64,000 nucleotides of DNA from Octopus bimaculoides (taxonomy: Eukaryota): NCBI RefSeq assembly GCF_001194135.2, contig NC_068988.1, positions 28,622,397-28,686,396 of the forward strand. Direction: 5' to 3'. The notes below the pieces were generated by a model. It ran no database searches and was not told where the DNA came from. It saw only the letters and a program-made list of their open reading frames with translations. A program made the position numbers and the translations under genes. The number at the start of each line of letters is the position of its first letter. Positions within the stretch are counted from its first letter, which is position 1. This document shows, in pieces, positions 36,376-50,544 of the stretch.

Positions 36376-37274
36376 CTACAACAGAAAAACCATTTTTATT
36401 CACATGCACAAAGAAACTTAACTATTTTTTTTTAAATCACAAACAAAATTTCATATTGTTTTAAATATAGCAATTACTAACTTAGCACCAATCTTAGTCA
36501 TGATTTTGTATTGGCACTAAACCAAAAATACAAAAAAAAAAAAACGAAGGCTTAGCCCTGGTGATAAAGCAAGTCAAGTTTGTATTCAAGTTTCTAAAAA
36601 CCAACCAAAAGCCCACTTCCACCACTCAGGTGCTTTTGGAGAGGATACTTAACAACTTGACATCCTTTTGCTGATCAACTTAGATAATACATAACACTAC
36701 ATGTCAATAGCAGTTTCAATTTGGATTGGAGTATGTCCAAAGATGATTTTAGGATAAAAATGTGAGCAATAATGAAAACAGTTAAATTCTCCATAATAAA
36801 TGATGCCAGTGCTGCCTGACTGGCTCCCGTGCCAGTGGCACGTAAAAGGCACCCACTACACCCTTGGAGTGGTTGGCATTAGGAAGGGCATTCATTATGG
36901 CCCATGGAGATCCCATATAAGATTTTGTTGTTAAAAGTTATGTGCAATAAATTGGTCATATTTCTACAATACACAAAATGTTTTAATATTTTTTATACAA
37001 TTCCTGATAATATTTAAATATTAAATGGCACCAGAGTAAAATAAGAATCAACGGGAACCATGGTTAAGAAACACCACTTTGAATGGATGGAGTCTTGATA
37101 GGCTGCACAAAGCTGATATTATTACAACCAGGGCTGTGGAGTTGGAACAAAAATCTTTGACTCCGACTCCTCTTTATGTAATTAAGTGATTGTGGTCTAC
37201 ATAACTCATATGCTTGAACTTGGAGTAGGCCTATTTGTTCTAATTGGTTTATATTAAAGAATAAAGACACTCAG

Positions 37275-38160
37275 AGTAAAAGGCAGACTGTATGACACAT
37301 GCGTACGAACAACCATGCTACATGGCAGTGAAACATGGGCTGTAACTGCTGAGGACATACGTAAGCTCGCAAGGAATGAAGCCAGTATGCTCCGTTGGAT
37401 GTGTAATGTCAATGTGAATACCCGTCAGAGTGTAAGTATCTTGAGAGAAAAGCTGAACATTAGAAGCATCAGTTGTGGCGTGCAAGAGAGACAATTGCGC
37501 TGGTATGGACATGTGGTGAGAATGGAGGAGGATAGCTGCGTGAAAAAGTGCCACACCCTAACAGTTGAGGGAACCCGTGGAAGAGGTAGGCCCAGGAAGA
37601 CCTGGGCTGAGGTGGTGAGGCANNNNNNNNNNNNNNNNNNNNNNNNNNNNNNNNNNNNNNNNNNNNNNNNNNNNNNNNNNNNNNNNNNNNNNNNNNNNNN
37701 NNNNNNNNNNNNNNNNNNNNNNNNNNNNNNNNNNNNNNNNNNNNNNNNNNNNNNNNNNNNNNNNNNNNNNNNNNNNNNNNNNNNNNNNNNNNNNNNNNNN
37801 NNNNNNNNNNNNNNNNNNNNNNNNNNNNNNNNNNNNNNNNNNNNNNNNNNNNNNNNNNNNNNNNNNNNNNNNNNNNNNNNNNNNNNNNNNNNNNNNNNNN
37901 NNNNNNNNNNNNNNNNNNNNNNNNNNNNNNNNNNNNGGCACATAAAAGACACCATTTCGAGCGTGGCCATTTTCGTGCGGGTGACACGTAAAAGCACCCA
38001 CTACACTCTCTAAGTGGTTGGCGTTAGGAAGGGCATCCAGCTGTAGAAACTCTGCCAAATCAGACTGGAGCCTGGTGTTGCCGTCCGGTTTCACCAGTCC
38101 TCAGTCAAATCGTCCAACCCATGCTAGCATGGAGGGCGGACGTTAAACGATGATGATGAT
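37275..38160 (+). mobile_element. RTE-clade LINE 3' end (ORF C-terminus, gap, 3'UTR, (GAT)n tail)
   Basis: MLHGSETWAVT...RKLARNEASMLRWMC...LRWYGHVVRM...RGRGRPRKTW is a typical RTE C-terminus; after the N-gap come the 3'UTR and gatgatgatgat tail. Confidence 0.9.
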
Positions 38161-38840
38161 GAGTCAGAGTCGGTACAATTTTACTAACTCCGACTCCTGC
38201 ATGTTTTAATGCTTTCAGTATATTTTTGAATATTATTGACTCTTCATTGCCTAATGTAGTAAGTTATTAATGTCTTCAATCATCTCACACAATCTCTTTT
38301 GTACTCTCATGTTTTCGGTATACACAATGATAAAGAGTGAGAACAAACCATATATCATCATTATTTAATGCCTGTCTTCCATGCTGGCATGGGTTAGACA
38401 CTGACTAGAGCTGGTAAGCTGGAGAGCTGCACCAGGCTCCAATTGTTTTGGCATGGTTTCTACAGCTGGATGCCCTTCCTAATGCCAACCACTCACTCTA
38501 CAGAGTGTACTGGGTATCGTTTACATATCACTGGCACTGACCACAACCATGATTTCACTTAGCTCGATGTGTCTTCTCAAGCATAGCAAATTGCCAGAAG
38601 TCTTGGTCACTTTTCTTTATATATGGAGAAAATAAAATAAAAATACATATAAAGTCATTTTTCGTTTCTTCCATATATCAATTTTTGTATGTTAGTATGT
38701 ACTGGATGAGGCTTGTAATATCTCCATTATGAATTTTTAGTCTCAAATTATTATTTTTTTAACAGCTAGATGTCCATTCTAAAGAAAACCAATGCAAGAT
38801 ATAAAGTGAAGAATTACAGAGTAAAGCTAAAAAGAAGTAC

Positions 38841-38996
38841 CTGAATATCTGAATCATTAACTCCAAAGTCTAAGTTGGAAATTAGCAATTTGCCCTGCCC
38901 CGCTGTGCTTATTCTGCCACCAATCATACGTTTTATGGGTCCAGCAGTACCACCATCAAAGAGATCATGTTGCCACACATCAGGAAGCTCTTTTGG
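38841..38996 (-). CDS. ALYREF: ALYREF exon 2
   Basis: ttttcag|[16 protein letters not shown]...[18 protein letters not shown]|GTACTT; WQHD motif and RRM RNP2; 156 nt. Confidence 0.95.
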
Positions 38997-41900
38997 CTGA
39001 AAAGGGAAATAAAAACAAAATAAAATCAGATATTTGTGTGATACGAATTAGAAAACAGAGACAAAGAAAAAAAGAAAAAAAAAGAAAGGAAAATTAAACA
39101 CAAAAACATTACAAGTAAACAGATTCACAATGAGACAAGTCAATATTTTCATAGATAAAATACAGGCACAGGTGTAGCAGTGTGCTTAAGAAGTTTATTT
39201 CACAAGCATGTGGTCTCAGGTTCAATCCCACTGTGCAGCACTTTAGGCAAAGCCTTGTGAATGGATTTGGTAGGCGGAAGCTGAAAGAAAGCCACTTTGT
39301 GTGTATGCACATGCGCGCGTGTATAAATTTGCAATATATGGATTCATAGAACCATGTGGCTATCACAGAAAGCTCCTCCAGTGGATCCGGCTATCATACC
39401 ACACAGTAATCCAATAGAGGAGTATAGTGCTGAGTTTTATGCAGCTGAAATCCAGGAGATCCAATTGATGAATTCATGAGGAATATATAAACTATAAAAT
39501 GTCAGAAGGTAGGAAAGGTGAATACAATTATATAACCACTTGTTATCCTTAGGATTACAGCCGTTTTGCAGCCTTCTTCATGTAATAATAATTTCAGTGT
39601 ATAAGTTATTTCACATGTCTGCACTAATATGCAATGAAGCATTAGTGCATTGATTTGTAAATGTACAACTGTATTGTACAATGAATTTTTGTGCAGGCAC
39701 ATCATCGCCTTTTAACATTCGCTTTCCATGCTGGCATGGGTTGGATGGTTTGACTGAGGACTGGCAAGCCAGAAGGCTGCACCAGGCTCCAATCTGATCT
39801 GGCAAGGTTTCTACAGCTGGATGCCCTTCCTAACGCCAACCACACCGAGAGTGTAATGGGTGCTTTAACTTGCCACCGGCATGCGGGCTAGTCAGGTGAT
39901 ACTGGTGTCGACCATGCTTGAATGGTGTTTTTACATGCCACCAGCATGGAAGCCAATCAGGCAGCAGGTGGCAATGACCATGCTCGATGGTGCTTTTAAG
40001 GTGCCGCCAGCATGGGGCCGGTCAGCCAGCACTGGCATCAACCACACTCAAATGGTGCTTTTTCGTGCCAGTAAGGCGGTATCAGCCACGGCAAGGACAT
40101 AAAATAATCATACACTGAAATTATCATTACATGATGAAGGCTGTGAAACAGCCATAATCCTAAGGATAACAAATGGTTAAATAAACATATTCACCTCTCA
40201 GGCCTCCTGACTATTTCATAGTATATATGTACATGTATGTGTGTGTGGGTTCTTATGTGCCTTGTCTTAAGTGAATTTCTTTTCTTATATGAAATGTTTC
40301 TATAAATACATTTAGCCATTATGGGCTTTAGATTTTTAAAAATTTATTAGAGGTGGTTTAGAAGCTTGCTTCCCAGCCATATAGTCTTGGGTTCAGTTCC
40401 AGTGTGGCACTTTGGGCAAGTGTCTTCTGCTACAGCCCAGGGATAGTGGATATGGTAGACAGAAAAATGAAAGAAACCTTATAAGTGTGTGTGCATATTT
40501 GTGTCACCTTGTCTTGACATCATGTGATGGATGTAAATGAGCATCATCATCATCATCATACAAATGTTGTTGTCTACTTCCAGTCTTCCATAAAATAAAA
40601 CCCGTCTAGCGATGGGAAAACATCAACTAGCTTGGAAATAGGAAGGGCATCTGGCTGTAGAAAAATCTGCTTCAACAAATTCTGTCTGATCCATGTAAAG
40701 CATGGAAAAGTGGGTGTTAAACAATGTAGAAACAGTCTCATACATAATCATTTTGGTCAACATCTACTTGAACTACTTAAAAAGCAAACAAATCTAAATT
40801 TCAGAAAGATGATTAAATATTAGATAAAACATTTCTCCCAGTGCGTAACATACGTTAACAATTTCATATACAGAAATAAAGGCACAGGCATAGTTGTATG
40901 GTAAGAAGTCTGGCTCTCAACCACATGGCTCTGTGTTCAGCCCCACTGCATGGCACCTTGGGCAAGTCTTCTATAGCCTCAGGTCAACCAAAGTCTTGTG
41001 AGTGGATTTTGTAGACTGAAAGAAGCCTGCCATGTATGTACATGTATGTCTGTGTTTTCTCCCACTACCACTTGATAACCATTGTTAGTGTGTTTACGTC
41101 CCCGTAACTTAACAGTTCGGCAAAAGCGACCGATAGAATAAGTACTAGGCTTAAAAAAATAAGTCCAGGGGTCGATTTGTTTGACTAAAAGTCTTCAAGG
41201 TGGAGTCCTAACCTGGCTGCAGTCTAATGACTGAAACAAGTAAAAGATAAAAGAAAAAAAAAATTGTCAAAGAATAAAAACATGAAAAAATGTCAAACTG
41301 TTTCTTTGAGCTCATGAAGCATATACCTAAGCATTGGTTGTGAATTGAGGGGATAAATAACAGCCTCAAAGAACAATGCCACAGAAACCAAAGACATCAC
41401 AAACAAGGAAACAAAATCAAATGACTAAAAAAACTAGTTTTTCTCACCAATCTAGTATTGTTGAACCAGGGATTTGATCTGCCTCCCTGTAAAAGATGAT
41501 GAATTTTTCAACCCAGGTGCAAAATATGCGAAAATCATATATAAAAGTACATTTCTTTCTTGCCAAATTTCAAATATTTTTCTTCGATTTATTTTTTTCT
41601 TTAAATGTCCGTCAGATTTGACTTTAAAGTTAAATCTGATACAAATGACTTTCTAAAGTTAATGTATACTTAATTAACAACAATTTAATGAATTTCTTTT
41701 CATAAACGCAATGCTTCTACAATCAAACTAGGATTTTAGATTTTTAAAAGTTCATCAGTGTGGTTAAGAAGCTTCTAAACCACATGGTCTTGGGTTCAGT
41801 CCCGCAGCATGGCACCTTGGGTGAGTATCTTCTACAACAAACCTAGGCCAATCAAAACCTTGTGAATGGATTTTGGTAGACAAAAAAGAAAGAAACTCAT

Positions 41901-42565
41901 CGAACATGTGTGTGCATGCATACATGTGTGTGCATGCATACATGTGTGTGGAGCCATGTCTTATGCAATGGTTGTCAGTGACCATCACAATCATACAAGT
42001 GATGTTGTTTGTTTTCAGTCTTCCATGAAAAACTGATCTGGTCATGGGGAAATATTACCTTGCTAGGAAACAGGTGAGGGTTGGCAACAGGAAGGACATA
42101 CAGGCATAGGAAACCTGTCTCAACAATTCCGTCTGATCCATGCAAGCATGGAAAAGTGGATGATGATGATATCTACTTTAGCATCACACCAACAAATCTT
42201 TCGATATATTTTCCCACCATGGTAAATACCACTACAAGACAACTGCAAGCCAATTCATTGATGGTAAATGTCAATACATTAATAAATTCACCAAGCAGTT
42301 TATTCACAGAGTAAATACCTTATTTGATGGCATGTAAGATGCAATATTACCCGCCAGAAAACCACCCTGGGTCTTATCATGCTAAGTTGGGCCTTCCACA
42401 CAAACTTTAATGTACTAAAATCTTTTCTTCCTGACAATGTGCTGCTGAGATTGGGGTGCATCTAATGTCTGTGTTTCATGCCACCAAATACTGCACTTTA
42501 GTAAACAGAGTTTGTATTCACATAGCAAATATGTTGCATTTTCATTAACAATGAAAAGGCAATTT

Positions 42566-42566
<1 letters not shown>

Positions 42567-42633
<67 letters not shown>
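42567..42633. repeat. (GA)n microsatellite
   Basis: Direct read. Confidence 0.95.
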
Positions 42634-42634
<1 letters not shown>

Positions 42635-45600
42635 AATCAAATTTACTTCATTGATACAGGAATAAACAAAGTTACTTATAAAAACTGAGCCACAAAATGG
42701 AACACAGTTTAAAGATAACCAAATTATAAATTGGAGGAAAGAAGAAATATTCTAAAATGACAAATAATGGATTAATGCCTCTTAATCCAGTATGTCATGC
42801 TATTGCTATTCATTGATCATCCATGGAATTCTTGCAGCACTATATTTTATATTTCATTTTATGATGTGAAATCTCTGCAGCAACAATATACTACTTTTCA
42901 TTCCTTCATAGTTCTTTCTTTCAATAATAATTATTAATATTATTTATTATTTTATTATTCCTTCAGTGTTCCTCTTCCAAAATTTCTCAGAGATTCAAGA
43001 TTGCAGGATGGAATTTTTTTCATCTTCAAATTTCTATTCCATTGTTAACAATAATTTTACTATGTAAATAAAAATGACAAATTTACCATATTTACTCTGT
43101 GAATAAAAGATAAAAAATGACAAATTTACCAACAATGCATTCGGCATGACAATCAATTCAGACAATAGACTGGCTCGTGATAGAATTATGCACAAAGAAT
43201 TTAGAGTGAACCCTAACCCTGCCCATCCCTACGTACCAGTTATAGTCACCTTCCTCTAACTGGGAGGGGGGGGTATGCTTTTACACATTTTTACCATCTC
43301 TCTTTCTGTCCTATCATTACATTAACCACTTATCTCCAGGCATAGAACCCCTTCCCTCACCTGCATGATCTCGTCTTGCAAGTTACCTGGTCACCTCACT
43401 GGTGCCAGCTTTTATAGGCACTTAGTACATTGTGTAAAGTGAGTGGCACTAGAAGGGGCATCCAACTCTGTAGAAACAATGCTGAAGTAGACATTGCAGC
43501 TTCGCAGTCCTCTCCTGTTGAACCACCCAATGCATGCCAGTATGGAAAACAGATGTTAAATGGTGATGATGATGAATGTAGAATTGAACACTGTAACTTA
43601 AAAAAATGAGAGCAAATGGCAGAAGTAACTGTGAAGATTGGACTTAGTTCCTGAGCTTATATCTTAACCTCAAAACAGCAGAGCTGAATATCTTACAAGC
43701 AAATTCAAGGCCCACATTTTTTCCCAAAACTTGAAAGTCATAATAAAAAAGAAAAAAAATTAAATTAAAAAAAATTAAAGTAATAACCTATCAAGATGGT
43801 AAGCATTAGTAAGTATTATTTATCATCAATTTATTGTCATTTAAATTGAATTTTCAGACTTCAAAAGTCTGAATCATAACACTACTTTTAATTATACAGT
43901 CAAAATCTTTTCCCACTAGTAATTCTTTATTAATAGATTCTGTCTAATGGAATCTAAAAAGTAATTAATTACAGAAGTAAACTTGTGCTCTCTCACTCTT
44001 AAGTATTGATTCTAAACAAAGCAAACACTTTGTTCTTTGGTTATTGTCAAGAAATACAAATACCAGTTTAACTATAAAAAAAAATTTCTCCATTTGACGA
44101 GGCACAAACTCAGTTTTTTGTAATGTAGGAAGAACAAAATCAACTTATAATCATTCCATCCCTGTACATAATTATGTACACATACACACACACATGCACC
44201 AATAACTCATCTACTTACTGTACTGCATTATAGATCATCATCATCATCATTTAACACCTGCGTTTCGTGCTGGCATGGGTTGGATGGTGTGGCAGGATCT
44301 GATGGGGCCCAAAGACTGCATCTTGCTCCAGTCTCTGCTTGGACATAATTTCCATGGCTGGACACTTTTCTCCGATGCCAACCACTTTACCATCAGCACC
44401 AGCAAGGCTGTCATGCAGTTTGCAAGACTATATGAACCCGGTGATGGGGAGGGAACAAACTATGCTATGAAAAGGGGTGGGTAGGTGGTGTAGATGAGTA
44501 CTATAGATTTTGATCAAAACTGTAACAGACAGGTGTAAACAGTCTTTATACAAAGTATCTTTGTAAGGAGAAAATGACAGATCTAAGGGCTTCAGTAAAA
44601 TGGATAGACCAATTTGCATATATAATGTATTCTAGACAGTTCTATTAATCATTAGCATATTAATTGTTTTGTTTCAATGCAACTACACTAGAGGATATAT
44701 CAATAGATTTTAGCCCTAACTATAAACACCTAGTCATTAATACTCATCATTAAGTTGTATTTGGAATGCATATTAACATGAAGCTTGTATCATAGAATCA
44801 AGGGCAGCATCTGACAAGATGGTATCAAAGAGGTTAAAATTAAGTAACAGGGAAGTCTAAGGACGATAAAAGCATGATACTTTTCTTACAGGGAAAACGT
44901 GTACTTTTTAAAGGTGTCTGTGATAAATAATTCAAGATTTGTGACCATCATAATCATTGATGATATACAAGGTATGTACATACGTTTGAGACTAGGTAAT
45001 GAACTTAGCAGCATATACTGGAGCACACTTGACAAGGAGAATCTTTATTTGCATGGAACATGTAACTGTCATTTTTATCTCTGAGAAACTGTAAATATTG
45101 GCTTCAAATGTTGGAATGAGGCCAGTAATTTCAGGGAAGAATAAATACCCAGTGTCCAACGGGTATTTATTTTATTGACCTTGAAAGGATGCACGGTAAA
45201 GTTGACCTCAGAACATAAAAATGGACAAAATGCCACAGCATTTTACCCAGCATGCAAATGATTCTGCCAGCTCACTACCTTAGAAACTGCAGATATTACG
45301 ACAGCTCGCTATATCACTTAACAAGATCATGAACATTCAATCTGCTGTCATCTGTGGAGTTCTAAGTTTTAAGTCATCCGATGTCAACTGTGATGTTTAG
45401 CTGTCATCAGCTGATAACACTCTTCCATGACCACCAAAATTTTACTGGAATTTCCAATGAAAAATGAAGAGACTTATTTTTTTGGAGTTATTTCCTATCC
45501 AGTTGTCACCCATCTTCTGGTTCCAGTATGCGATCCAAACTGACCAATAGGAACAAACTTTATACATTTTCTCATGACAGTTAGTTTTCTTACTGCAATA

Positions 45601-48591
45601 CCTGTGAAACTTTGAGTAATGCAGGTCTGAGCCACAAACTACTTACACATATATTGGAAGTCATTGTCGTCATGGCACTCCGTTGGTTATGACGAGGGTT
45701 CCAGTTGACCTGATCAACAGAACAGCCAGCTTGTGAAATTAATGTGCAAGTGGCTGAGCACTCCACAGACACATGTACCCATAACGTAGTTCTTGGGGAG
45801 ATTCAGCATGACAAGGCTGGCCCTTTGAAATACAGGTACAACAGAAACAGTGAGAGAAAGTTGTGGTGAAAGAGTACAGCAGGGTTCGTTACAACCCCCT
45901 GCTGGAGCCTTGTGGAGCTTTAGGTGTTTTCGCTCAATAAACACTCACAACACCCAGTCTGGGAATCGAAACCGCGAGTCTGCTGCTCTAACCAATGGGC
46001 CATTGCACCTCCACATTGGAAGACATACACATATATGAAAGTTACTTTCTATGGAATATTTAAAAGTATTCCCCAACAAGTCCTCAGTGTTTTAATTAAA
46101 TCAGAATTTCCTTTTCATGACACATACTTTCACTTGGCAGTCCTTTTGCTTAATAATATTACAAGACTTTCTGAGAAACACCACCAATACAGCTGACATT
46201 ATTGTCTCCACCTGCTTTTTAAAAAGTAGTCCAAACTTCCAAACATCATTATTAGAGCCAAGAAATTAAGGCAGTGAGCTGGCAGAATTGTTAGCACACT
46301 GGGTAAAATGCTTAATGGTATTTCGCCCATCTTTATGTTCTGAGTTCAAATTCCACTGAGGTTGACTTTGCCGTTCATCCTTTCGGGGTCAATAAATTAA
46401 GAACCAGTGAAACACTGGGGTCGATGTGATCGACTGTCGCCCTCCCCACAAAACCCAGGACTTGCATCTAAAGTAGAAAGGATTATTAGATCCAAGAAAA
46501 AGGGTGATGAGCTGGCAAAGTTTTTTTTAGCACACAGGACAAAATGCTTAGTGGCATTTCTTCTAATTATGTTAGGAGTTCAAACTATACTGAGGCTCAC
46601 TTTACTTTTCATCTCTTCAGTGTCAATAAAATACGTGCACTGGAATCGATGTAATTGACTAACCACCTTCTAAAAAACTGCTGGCCTTGGGTAAAATTTT
46701 TTAATTAGATCCAGGAATACTTTATTAACTGTACATTCCTTTCGATCGATTTAAATGAGTCATAACAATCAAGTTACAATTCCTATCAATGCCAACAAGC
46801 AAGTTTCATTTGTGTCATTTAAAATGCTAACACATCATTTATTATGAAATATATGCAGATATCACGTACTCTCATACATATTAGCTGAAGTCCTACATAA
46901 ATATACATAACAAACAACTGTCCACTCATTGTTAATAAACAAACCATATGAATGAAAATGTATCTTTTATTTTAGGCTAACTTTAATTACTCTTAAATCA
47001 ATTATTTGTTTTTAAACAGCCATTTGCATTATTTCAAAAAGAAAAAAATTCTGGATGAATTTACAACCAATATGCCATCTAAGTAGAACAACAGTTTACC
47101 AGTTTCTTTTCCAAGACAAACAACAATAGGATAAACGATGATGCCTTGAAATTCTAACTTGGCAAATTTGATTACACGTGTAAAAGACTAAGCAAACATC
47201 ACAAGATTACATTAAAAAGAAACATCTGATAACAATTAAAGACATGAATAAGCATAAATTAATTAGTAAAGTCTTTCTTTAGTTCGTCCCTCATCCATAA
47301 TAATTATTTAAAAGGTATTTTAGATGTAACTGCCAAACAGCTGTGTGTTCTTTATAATCTATCAATAAATAATATTCGACGCTCTGGAAACAGCATCCGG
47401 CAAACACTTCCCGCCATGCCACATCGATTTTTCTTTACAAATTCTCTTCCTATTTAGCTGTTATCTCTATCTTAAAGTTTGGGACAAACTTGTTCTTTAT
47501 GTACTACGGAACAAATTAGCTCTGGTCTTTGTAAATTTTTAAAAAGTAAGTCAAAGACAAACTAAAACGCTTATGTCACCATTAGCATGAACTAATATCA
47601 CGGAGAGGCCGTTGAAACTGTCATTTTGGTGTTTGTTACGGAGTTCAAATCCCAAAGAGATCGGCTATTTTTGCATCATCCATTGTAAATGAGGAAAATA
47701 TATACGGATCAATAGTTGGTTTCTTATATAATGGTTTTTGATGCCGGAAAAAAAAAAGTGGTGGGATTTTCAACGAGATTTTTTTCTGTTTAGAATTACA
47801 TATGATTATGGTTGGGACGAATCTTCAGAGAATCGAGAAATATTAAAGGAGGTGAATGAAATGTATTTAAAAGCAGCCCCCACAAGATGAATGTTGTGCA
47901 GAAGATAAAGATTTACACGGGAAACAAAGGGATCTATTTAAAAGAGGGGAAAATTTGTATCAAGCTACACCTTGTCGCTCTAGATTTTATTATTTAAACC
48001 GCTCAAGGCGAAATATCTATAAGAAGGAATTAAGATGTAAATAGCAGCAACAAACTAGTTCAATGATTAAGAAACAAATTACAAAAATAATAATGATTAA
48101 ATATTCATTTAAAAAGTAGATGATTCGTAAAACTGAGTCAATAAAATGGAACCTGATATAAATTAAACTGAGACACCATCCCACTAGAGAAAAATAGATG
48201 GTACGAGATGATATCATTTTGCACTTAAAGAAGAGACCTAACTGTCCATATTATGGTTGAATGTACCTGGTTAACAAATAGATCCGTGACATGTAGGGAA
48301 AGAAAAGCCTTAAACCATATAACGGGTCAAAACAGTTTTATATCTTCTACATCTTGGCTGTTATTTATCGCGTAATTGTACTGTAATTATATATCCACTT
48401 GAAACAAAAAGCATCACCGATCAATTGGGGGTGAATATACATCAAGGTGTGAATATACTAGTAACAGTTGAGCGCCGTGTTTTAAAAAAAGAGCCAGTAC
48501 ACACGTATCAAAAAAACATTTAAAGCATTTTGAAAATGTGAATAGCTTTGAAAATGGTTAATATAAATTAGAAAGGAAATGAATTTCTTAC

Positions 48592-48843
48592 TCGCATATA
48601 AGGCGCCGGTCTGTTGGAACTTCTTCGTCTTTGAATGCCTCCTCCCCGGCTTCTGAAATTGAATCCAAAGCTTCCTCCACGGTTTGGCCGACCGCGGCCG
48701 CCTAGTGCGCCCCGCGATCGGGTAACGCGTCCACCGCGGACTCCGCCACGTTTAATTCCACCTGCTCCACCACTGCCGCCTTTCTTCTTATCTAATTTAA
48801 TGATATCGTCGAGACTCATGTCTAATTTATCCATGGCAGCCAT
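48592..48843 (-). CDS. ALYREF: ALYREF/THOC4 exon 1 (N-terminal UBM and RGG region)
   Basis: MAAMDKLDMSLDDII is the conserved UAP56-binding N-terminus, followed by a Gly/Arg-rich region; donor CGA|GTAAGA, phase 0. Confidence 0.95.
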
Positions 48844-48922
48844 CCTTTAACGATTCCTACCTTTTCCCTTTCTATGGCGTTTGCTCGTTGTTAGTCGACA
48901 CAAAACATCAACGTGCAAAATA

Positions 48923-48932
48923 AAAATGGCGG
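48923..48932 (+). promoter_or_regulatory. YY1-type motif AAAATGGCGG about 80 nt upstream of the ALYREF ATG
   Basis: Exact motif in the ALYREF proximal promoter/5' region; function is inferred. Confidence 0.35.
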
Positions 48933-50544
48933 TCCCGTGTGTGAGGCATGATGGGAAGTGTCCAATATCAATATATGAAATAACACATTTTTTTAATATT
49001 TCAATTGAAACATTTCTTTAAAAGATACGCAAATATATTTTTTTTTAATTATAAGAAATATAATAACACATATTAAATATTTAATCGAAATTTTCTGAGT
49101 ACTGTTGTCCTCTCCTGGGATTCTAAACTTTGTTAATCTTTAGTTATCTGCCCTTATTGAAGAAACTATCTCTCAATTTGCAACGCCAAACCTGTTCCAT
49201 GAGAAATAGAAAATACCCTATTAGGACTAAATCCACTCTTAAGATTTTTAAAATTAATAGCTGAAGACAGAAAAAAAAAATCACCTCTTTACTGTCTTAT
49301 ATTGATGCTTATAAAGGTGTAAAGCAAAATACATCAGTTGTAGTTGACACGCATCTAAAAACCTTCAAAAGTCCTTAGTAATACCAGATCCCAATTACTG
49401 ACGGTCTCTCTTTGCTATCTCATGTCTACAACAGCAATCACTGCATCCTAAAGACTGGTCTTCCTCATTAGGGCAAGGAAAATTGTTTACATCCCATTAA
49501 TTCGTTAGGGTGAAACGTACAATGGAATATTGTTCCCACGTTTAGGTCGGCGCTTCTACTATATGGACATCCTCGACTGTATTGAAAGAAAAGTAATTTG
49601 ACTAATCCATATGAAGTCGCTTGCCAACATACTCCAGCCCGGATCCATTCACGTGCTGTCCCTTGTGATCTCTGCTTATCGAAGCTGGCTGGTTCTACCA
49701 TTTCGATCCAAGCCCATCCGACATTTCCTTATTCATTCTATATCTACCTCCACTAGACCCCTCATTCTTCCCAGGATATCGATCCTTGAAAAGCCCTTAT
49801 CACTTTTGACTAACTGGTACTCATTTTTTTGGAGGTCATTCTCTTTTTTGACCCTCTATTGAGGCCGGATTATTTGTCATTGAGGATATTTTTTGGTTGA
49901 ATTCATACTTTTTTTTGTGTTATTGTTGTTTAAAGTAGGAAATTATGATCATATCAGATTGCTTATAATTTTCTTTCTTTTTTTATTTTCTGTCTATCTT
50001 TCTTTTCGTTTTTTTTTCTTTTTGTAACACATTTTTGTGTTAAGATAGGATGGCGTTATACGATAGATTTTTGGTTACGATTTCTAGCAGGTCAAACGAC
50101 CATAATAGAGACTCCATCGTAGAATAAATAATTTTCAAACTGAAATATGTGAATCATTAATAATATATTTCTCTTGTTAGTGTTTTCTTTTTCTTTCCTT
50201 TTTTTTTAAACATTTTTTTTTAGAGATAAACTAATTTATTCATTCAAACTGGAGTTACGGAAACTTTGCCTTTAACTTTCCATTCACTCTCGCAAATACA
50301 TGATATCAATAATGCTTTCGCAATAATGATTTGAAATAAATGGAGGAAAATTTCGTGCACTGTTCGATCGCCGCAAATTACAGCAAACTGAAGCAATTTT
50401 ATGTAATGGAACAATAAATCCATGAAATATATATATACACAGTTACAAAGCATATTCAAGGCATATCTTAATCTTTTTAAATGCTTGACCACTTTCATGC
50501 TCATGTGTGCGATCATGTCATTGTATATTTTTGTTGCCTTCACA

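Noticed and set aside
48635-48850. Pro/Arg-rich plus-strand ORF
   Set aside because: It is the antisense shadow of the Gly/Arg-rich ALYREF exon 1.
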